The translations under genes and the position numbers were made by a program. A stretch of 64,000 nt of DNA from Leucoraja erinacea (taxonomy: Eukaryota): NCBI RefSeq assembly GCF_028641065.1, contig NC_073394.1, forward strand, positions 41,416,001 to 41,480,000, given 5' to 3'. The notes beneath the pieces were generated by a model. It worked only from the letters and a program-made list of their open reading frames with translations. It was not told the origin of the DNA and made no database searches. This document shows, piece after piece, positions 55,726 to 64,000 of this stretch (position 1 is its first letter; every line of letters starts with the position of its first letter).

Positions 55726-58700
55726 TTGAATCTGAGGAACGGGGGTGCCGTGTGGTCACCTTATAGGAACGCAATGATGATAGTTTCTGAGTCGAATATC
55801 ACTATCCTGCTAATTTCAAAGCAGTGAAATTCTTCAGCCTCATCTATGAGAGACTCCCATAAATGGTCAATTCCTCATCCCCTCCAAAGGAACAGGTAGC
55901 GTGAGAGCGGGATGTAACAGCGAGAGAGAGGGGGCAGATGCGAGTGAGAGACAGGGGAGAGCGCAGACACAGACCCGCCTCATCCGCAACCAGGATTGAA
56001 CCCGAATCCCCAGCGCCGCAAGCGCTGCCTAACCGCCACAGGACCCTGTCCTGTCCCCGTTCCGTTCCCCCCCCCCCCCCCCCCCCTCCACCGAGTGTCC
56101 CATCCCCGCCCAGCGACCCCGGACCGACGACACCAGTGGCCCCACGCCCATAGCCAGCGCGGAGAAGAAGCGGCAACCCCAGCTCAACTCTGCCTGTCTC
56201 GTCAGGCCAACCAACAGCCTCCGACCGACGGGACACCAGGCCCACAGCCAGCGCGGAGAAGAAGTGCCAACTCCAGCCCAACCACGCTCCAACTCCCGAG
56301 GAACCCACTCCCCGATGGGCCGGGGAGCCGCCATCCCCAGCCGCCGGCCAAGCCCCCTGGTGCCGGCGAAAGCCGAGCACCAGCCATCAATGGGGACACA
56401 CATAAAGTGCAGCAGCAACTTAGCTGGGACAGGCAGCATCCCCAGAGAAAAGGAATGGGTGACGTTTCAGGTCGAGACATCTCCAAAGATGTTGCCTGAG
56501 CCGCCGAGCCACCGCAGCACCCAGTGTGCATCTCCGCCGATGACCGGCACTCGGCCCCTGCCAACCGACAGCCACTGGACAAGGAGAGAGGCGCAGCCGA
56601 CAGTCCCCGGCCCCCCAAGGGAGCCGGAGCAGAACCGAAGCTAGCGCCTTTTCCCCGTGCAGTCTGCAAGCCCGGCCCGACACCTCCGGCTGCCCCCGGA
56701 CATGGACGGGACACCCGGGAGGGGACGGGGACGGGGACGGCTCAGCAACAACTCAACAGTGCCCGCAGCGCCGGAGACACGGGTCCACGAAGCAGCACGA
56801 ACTCGCTCACTCACCAAAGCATAAAGCAATAAAAACAACAAAATAGTCTTGGCTTTTAACAAAGAAGAATCAAAGCTGGAAAAAACGGATGAAATGAAGA
56901 TCTGTTTGTACACAGCTCCACTGCTTCCAGCAATGTTTATGCAGTGACCTTTGACCTGGGCATGCGCAGTTGGAATACTGAACTCGCTTATTGATACAGC
57001 ATTTTTTGGAAGAATTTCAAACTGCAAGAATTTTGTTGTTCTTTTCTGATGCTTTTGAAAATTAACACGCCTGACTCATAATGTATAATTGAAAGCATTT
57101 CTTCAGTTTAGTTTATTGTCACATGTACCGAGGCACCGTGAAAAGCTTCGGTACATGCAACTGTTTGCATGCTGACCGGTCATTGGAAACACCATACATG
57201 ATTACAATTGAGCCATCCACAAGATAAGATAAGGGAATAACGTGAATGATCAGTAAGGGTGTCAAGAGTTACAGGGAGAATGGGGTTGAGGGAATATTAG
57301 GCCTATCCCAGTGGCCTAATTCTGCATTGTCAACTTCATGTTTACTATTGTATTTATATCTTTTTTTAACCTTCTGATTGATAAATTAATCCAATTTATA
57401 TATTTTTTATCTAAGTCATATAAAATTGATCTAAAGAGTTAAGCGAGATTGTGAAGGGAAGTGGGGGCAAAGTGCGATTTGTTTTTAGAGTTACAGTGTG
57501 GGAACAGACCTTCAGTATCTGTCCACATTAGTTTAGTTTAGTGATACATCATGAAAAAGGCCCTTCAGCCAACTGAGTCCACGCCGACCATCAATCACAC
57601 TCGTTCCATCTTGTCCCAATTTCACACCCACTCCCTACTCACTAGGACCAATGTACAGAGGTTAATTAACCTACAAATCCACAAGTCTTTGAGATGTGAG
57701 AGGAAACCAGGCCACCCAGAAGAAACCCACACAGTCATAGGGAGAACATGCAAACTCCACACAGACAGCACCTTAGGTCAGGATCGAACCTGGGTCTTTG
57801 GCGTTGAGAGGCAGCAGCTCTACCAGCTGCGCCTCTGTGTTGCCCTCAGTTATGTTAACACTAGGTGATTAATTAAACACCAGTGGCTGCTTAGACAAGG
57901 CACTTTGTACCATGACCGTGGTACAAAGTGAGTTATCTGAACAGACACTGGGATTTAGTTAATAATTTCCCTGAATTACCCAACCCAGTATTTTTCCACG
58001 TTTGGAATATTTTAGGAATAGCATCGGGGCTGATGGAATTAAATGTTAATGCTGCAGAGTTTGCAGTTACAGCCAGTTAGTAACAGAAGTTTAGAGTTTA
58101 GAAGGGGGACCTCATTGAAACTTACAGAATAGTGAAAGATATAGACAGTGGATGTGGAGAGGATGTTTCCACTGGTGGGAGTTTTTAGGACCAGAGGTTA
58201 GTGCCCTCAGAATTAAAGGGCACTCTTTTAGAAACGAGGTGAGGAGAAACTTCGTTAGTCATTGTCACAGAGGGCTGTGGAGGCCAAATCAGTGGATATT
58301 TTTAAGGCATAGATAGACACATTCTTGATTAGAACAGGTGTCAAGGGTTATGGGGAGAAGGCAGGAAAATGGGAGAAGGCAGGAAAATGGGATTAGGAGG
58401 CAGAGATCGGCCATGATTGAATGGCAGAGTAGTCTCAATGGGCCGAATGGCCTAATTTTGCTCCTATATCTTGTGAACTTGTAACAGGCACCAAGGATAT
58501 AGCAGTCCATTTGGTAATCATTACATTTGTGGGAAAGAACTGCAGATGCTAGTTTAAATCGAAACTTGAATTTCGATTCTAAAGAAGAGTATCGACCCGA
58601 AACGTCACCCATTCCTTCTCACCAGAGTTACTCCAACATTTTGTGTCTACCCTGTGAATCATTACTTTAGTGACTTGGATCACCAGCTACCACTGCCTCA

Positions 58701-59649
58701 GGAGATCTTTGTAATCAGTGTGGCTTCTGAAATCTCAATCACATCAGAGTTTTTTAATAGGTGGCCATACAGATTTTTATTCATTTCACACAGTAATTAA
58801 ATATTGTATCATTTGCATTTGCATAAGATGGTATTTTGAAATAATTTGTAATACTGTATGCATGTTCTATTTTGTAAATTTCTTTAACTTTTGATGCATG
58901 TAAATAAATATTTTCTATCATAGAATGTGTGTGGATGTTTCATAAACCCCCAGAGATCTGAGTTGCTGTCATTGGTGGAGTCTGATATTGGCCCAGCTCT
59001 AAGCTGGCCACAGGTTTTGATTACCTGGTTTAATTTAGTTTAGAAATACAGTGTGGTAACAGGCCCTCCAGCCCACCGAGTCCGCACTAACCAGCGAACC
59101 CTGCACATTAACACGACCCTAAACACACTAGGGACAATATGTACATTTATTACGGCAATCAACCTACAAACCTGTATGTCTTTGAAAACCGGAGCACCAG
59201 GAGGAAACCCACATGGTTACGGGGAAAACATACAAATTCCCTACAGGCAGCACCCGTCGTCAGGATCGAATCCGGGTTTCTGGCGCTGTAAGGCAGCAAC
59301 TCTAGCGCTACTGTGCTTAAAACATTGTGTTTTAAGACTAGCTGTATTTTAATAAAGTCATAAAATGGAAAAAAAAAAATCAGTAATTGCAGCCAGGGCT
59401 AGATTAACACAGAAAATAGGTGCAGAGGAGGCCATTCGGCCCTTCGAGTCAGCACCGTCATTCATTGTGATCATGGCTGATCATCCACAATCAGTAACCC
59501 GTGCCTGCCTTCTCCCCATAACTTCGGTGTCTATTAAGTAATTTACATCTGCTAAATGGCATAAGGGATGCAAGGAAAAAAGATGAGACTATGCAGAGAG
59601 TACAAGAGGTGATCAAACGAGGCTGGCCAGAGAACAAGGAGGATGTTGA

Positions 59650-60367
59650 AACATAGAAACACAGAAAATAGGTGCAGAGGAGGCCATTCGACCCTTCGAG
59701 CCAGCACCGCCATTCATTGTGATCATGGCTGATCGTCCCCTATCAATATCCCGTGCCTGCCTTCTCCCCATATCCCTTGACTCCACTAGCCCCTAGAGCT
59801 CTAACTAATGCCCCTGTCCCACTTAGGAAACCTCTAGAGACTTTGCGCCCCACCCAAGGTTTCCGTGCGGTTCCCGGAGGTTGCAAGTAGTGGAAGCAGG
59901 TACCGCAGTTTTAAATGACCCCTTTATTCTAAGACTCTGGACCCGCCCAACATTGGGAACATTTTTCCTGCATCTAGCTTGTCCAGTCTTTTTATAATTT
60001 TATATGTTTCTATAAGAACCCTCCTCATCCTTCTAAACTCCAGTGAATACAAGCCTAGTCTTTTCAATCTTTTCCTCATATGACAGTCCCGCCATCTCAG
60101 GGATCAATCTCGTGAACCTACACTGCACTGCCTCAATCACAAGGATGTCCTTCCTCAAATTAGGAGACCAAAACTGTACACAATACTCCAGATGTTTTCT
60201 CACCAGAGCCCTATACAACTGCAGAAGAACCTCTTTACTCCTGTGCTGAAATCCTCTTGTTAGGAAGGCCAACATTCCATTAGCTTTCTTCACTGCCGTG
60301 GTGAGTGGAGTGCTGCAAGGCTCGGTGTTGGGGCCGCAACTGTTTACCATATATATTAATGATTTGG
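59650..60367 (-). mobile_element. CR1 fragment with an inverted 5' segment
   Basis: Minus-strand [20 protein letters not shown] joined at about 60298 to plus-strand [22 protein letters not shown]. Confidence 0.75.
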
Positions 60368-61079
60368 CTGGGGTAGGGAGGGGGGTAGAGAGGGAGGTGG
60401 GGCAGAGAGGGAGGGAGGGGGTAGAGATGGAGGGGGTAGAAAGGGTGGAGGGGAAGGGGGTTAGAGTGGGAGGGGGTACAGGGTAGAGAGGGAGAGGAGT
60501 AGAGAGGGAGAGGGGCAGAGAAGGAGCGGGGTAGAGACCCCACCCCCCTCCCCATTTCCCTCATTCCCTGTCCCAGCACCTACCCAGGTCGTAGAGCAGG
60601 GCCAGGGCATGGATCTTGTACTCAGCACAGCCCTGGCTGTAGACTGCAGCCGTCAGCTCAGCCACGCATGGTCTCCAGTCCAGGCCATGACTTCACCTCC
60701 AGGCTCGTCCCTGACCTCGGCTCGTCCTCGGTTCCACCGGCGGCATCTTTTTCGACGCCGGTCATTGCCCCGTCTCAAGCCCTGGCTCGGCTCGGCCCTC
60801 ACTCCAGCTCCAGGCCCAGTTGCCGGGCTAAGCCTCCCCACCGGGCCGCGTGCGGGCGAGGACCCGAGGACCAGACTTGTCAGTTGATTGTGACGTCAGT
60901 CGGAATTTTCTTCTACAAAATGAGAGCTTGGAAAACTTTAATATTTTGAAGCGTGAGGGGGAGTGTAGACGTTTAAACAACTCTCCCAACCCCCTCCTCT
61001 CCTTCAATCCCCCCACTTTCCCTGATCAACTTCCCAGGATTTTTTTCCCTCCAATCCCCCAATCCCTCCCTCACCTCTT

Positions 61080-62275
61080 ATAACCATATAACAATTACAG
61101 CACGGAAACAGGCAATCTCGGCCCAACAAGTCTGTGCCCAACAACTTTTTTTCCCTTAGTCCCACCTGCCTGCACTCATACCATAACCCTCCATTCCCTT
61201 CTCATCCATATGCCTATCCAATTTATTTTTAAATGATACCAATGAACCTGCCTCCACCACTTCCACTGGAAGCTCATTCCACACCGCTACCACTCTCTGA
61301 GTAAAGAAGTTCCCCCTCATATTACCCCTAAACTTCTGTCCCTTAATTCTGAAGTCATGTCCTCTTGTTTGAATCTTCCCTATTCTTTTTAATTTTTTAA
61401 TTTATTTTTTAATTCAATTTAATTGTCATTTGGACCCCTTGAGGTCCAAACGAAATGCCGTTTCTACAGCCCCCCCCCCCATGTCAGAGTCAAAGTCAAA
61501 GCCCCCGGCTGGCGATGGCGATTGTCCCGCGGCCATTAAAGCCACGCCGGGTGGTGCAAGGTCGCACACCGGGTCTTGGTGTTAGAGCCCCCGGCGTGCG
61601 CTCGCAGAGTCCCGCGGCCATTCCAAGCCGCGCGGGGCGGTGATGTCAGGCCCCGCTCCAGGAGCTCTTCAACCCCGCAACTCGGGTGGGAGAAGTCGCT
61701 GTTGAAGGAGCCCTGAAAAGCGGTCTCCCTCCAGGGACCCGCGGGCTCCCGGTGCCGCCGTCCGCCAGACCCGCAGTTGCAGCCTCCGAATCTCCGAAGG
61801 TCGGGCCGCAGCAGCAGCAGCGCTCCACCACCGCTCCACCCGCTCCGGACTCGGCCAGCTCCGCGACGAGGTGAGTCGTCGGCACCAGAGTCCCCGGTCT
61901 TCTCCTGTTGGAGGCCGCTCCATATTGCAGCCCCAACCGTGCAGGGAGAGATTTAAAAGTTACCCCCTCCCTCCCACCCCCCACACACACACACACACCC
62001 CAACAAAAAATAACAAAAACTACATAAAAACATAGACAAAAATAATAAAAACGCGGACGGGCTGCAGAGGCCGCTGCTGACGTGAGTCGCGCCGCCTACC
62101 GGATCTCAAAGGGAAAAGCTCACCGCTCTCAAAGGGAAAAGCTTGTCCACATCAACTCTGTCTATCCCTCTCATCATTTTAAAGACCTCTATCAAGTCCC
62201 CCCTTAACCTTCTGCGCTCCAGAGAATAAAGACCCAACTTACTCAACCTATCTCTGTAACTTAGTTGTTGACTTA
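61080..62275 (-). mobile_element. CR1 3' fragment split by a GC-rich non-autonomous element (about 61386-62103)
   Basis: CR1 tail at 61080-61385 continues at 62104-62275. The insert has a 3' hairpin tail (ttggacc..ggtccaa) similar to that of element 339-1365. Confidence 0.7.
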
Positions 62276-62961
62276 GTAACTTAGCTCTTCATGCGGAGTC
62301 GATGGAGCTGGGTTTAACGGGTCCGAGCCGTGCGGGGCAGAACGGGTCCCAGTGGGGCTGAGCGGGGCCCAGTGGGGCTGAGCGGGGCCCAACGCAGCCG
62401 AGCTGGGCCGAGCGGGATGGGGAAGGGGGTAGAGAGGGAGAGGTGGGTAGAGAGGGAGAGGGGCAGAGATGGAGGGGGTTAGAGAGAGGAGACCGGCCTA
62501 GAATGCTTAAGTCCCCCTCGGAGTGACCCATCCTGCCTTGCGAGTTGATTGTGGCGTCAGTCAGATTTTTTTCTTCAAAATGAGAGCTTAGAAAACTTTA
62601 ATATTTTGAAGCTGTTTTTAAAAGGTTAGAAACGTGTGAAATATAGGTTAAAATGCGGCAGGATGATATCCGATCCACGGAAAAATGTGAGTAGCATGTG
62701 TGAAAATGGGGAGGCTGTGGCCTAGCGTTTGGAAGAAAGCTGACACGACCCTGTCCTACACTGGCACGAGAACAAAAGGAAGAGTTTTAGTTAAATACTA
62801 GACTAAGTGGGACGCGTTAGTCCCATTTTCATATGGGAGGCCTGGTCCCCCAATGTTCCACCACTCACGCATAGCCCCCAACTGCGCAGGTGCGGCTGAC
62901 GGGTTCCCGTTGTGATGCCCCTGATCCCCCCCCCTCACCCCCCTCCCCCCATTCCGCCCCT

Positions 62962-63003
<42 letters not shown>

Positions 63004-63299
63004 CATTCACTCCCATCCATCCCCCCTCAACCACCCCCCCCCCCCCACCTCAGCACCGGGCTTGATGTTTCTACACTGCAGATTCCCACTCCCCCGGGTT
63101 TGACTGCGCTGGGTCCTAGTGCCAGTCCCCCCCAACCCTGGTAACCTCAGTGGCTGTTCCACTGGGTCTTCCCCATTCCCCTCAAACCATGTGACCCCAG
63201 CTCTTCCCCACCCATACTACAGTCTTCATACCCCCCTCCTCCCTGACCAACCACCACCCCCCCTACCAGACAACGCCTCGGCCTCAGTCCACACACCTG

Positions 63300-63575
63300 C
63301 CTTCGTCCGGCCCCAACCCCCATCCCTGCCGTGTGTTCACCATCCCCCCTGACCTCCCCCTCTCAGATACCGAAAGGTCAGTCCTCAGCGGAGGCCTCAC
63401 CTTTGTCCCCCTCCATCCCAACCCCAATGAGTTCCGCGCCCGCCACAATTTGGAGCTCTTCTTCCATCGCCTCCGCCTCACACCATTCTTCCATGGGAAG
63501 GAGTCCTCGCCCCCATTGATGATCCCTTTGCCCATCTCCAATGGACCCTCTCCTCTTGGACCCCCCCATGGCCAT
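63300..63575 (+). mobile_element. Penelope-like element 5' coding fragment
   Basis: VFTIPPDLPLSDTERSVLSGGLTFVP..LELFFHRLRL resembles the N-terminal region of vertebrate Penelope-like ORFs. Confidence 0.55.
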
Positions 63576-64000
63576 TGGTACAGTGAAATCTGGGGGTCAT
63601 CATCCGACGTCAGAACGGGAGAACAGTCTCAGCGGCTTGGACTTCCGAATCGGCCACTTCCTACCGGAGACCCACAGGCTGAGCTGGGTGGAGATTCACG
63701 CTGGCGGCCCTCGGCAAAGGGATCCCAGGACTACGCAATGTTGAAATCAGCGCGGCCTGAGGCTGGGAGCTCCGCAAACCACAGTTCCATGATGTTGAAG
63801 CAGCAGGCCCAACACTCCAAACGGCAATCCACGTAAGGCATCGCCCGCTCCGCAGTGAATCCAATAACCATTAAAACCAACTGTTTAATGACAACATACA
63901 GTAGGATCTAAAAGTGTCACACTGTCACTGTCGGGTAGTCATGGTCCTCTAGTCGTGGGGGTGGGGGATTGGGAGGGGGGCCCCTCACAAGTGAAATAGC

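Noticed and set aside
55844-57027. GC-rich ORFs downstream of the stop codon
   Set aside because: Low-complexity, internally duplicated, repeat-derived sequence; no recognisable domain or convincing splice structure.
57901-57930. 12-bp stem hairpin CACTTTGTACCA/TGGTACAAAGTG
   Set aside because: A short isolated palindrome with no supporting context; a terminator call does not apply in this eukaryotic setting.

Overview
Repeat-rich eukaryotic genomic DNA. The repeat set (CR1 LINEs, V-SINE/HE1-type SINEs, Penelope-like and DIRS elements) suggests a cartilaginous fish such as a skate or ray (inference). The window holds one spliced + strand gene (ATG 2021 to TGA 55586) in which every intron is phase 1. 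Its extracellular part is a B7-H6/NCR3LG1-type ectodomain (leader, IgV, IgC1) followed by a single TM exon. Downstream of the TM exon, and therefore predicted cytoplasmic, come five more C1-type Ig exons, a decayed sixth, six tandemly duplicated 45-nt acidic micro-exons (five with Tyr) and a terminal Ig-like exon. Most of these domains have lost one or both canonical disulfide cysteines. The predicted product is about 1086 aa (about 1192 aa if the decayed exon were spliced in). An ISRE-like motif sits just upstream of the ATG. The introns contain a DIRS element with intact ITR/ICR ends, an internally deleted Gypsy element, many CR1 fragments, Penelope-like copies carrying minimal hammerhead ribozyme cores, Harbinger MITEs, a Tc1 end and two assembly gaps. 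All calls are from manual reading; no searches were run.
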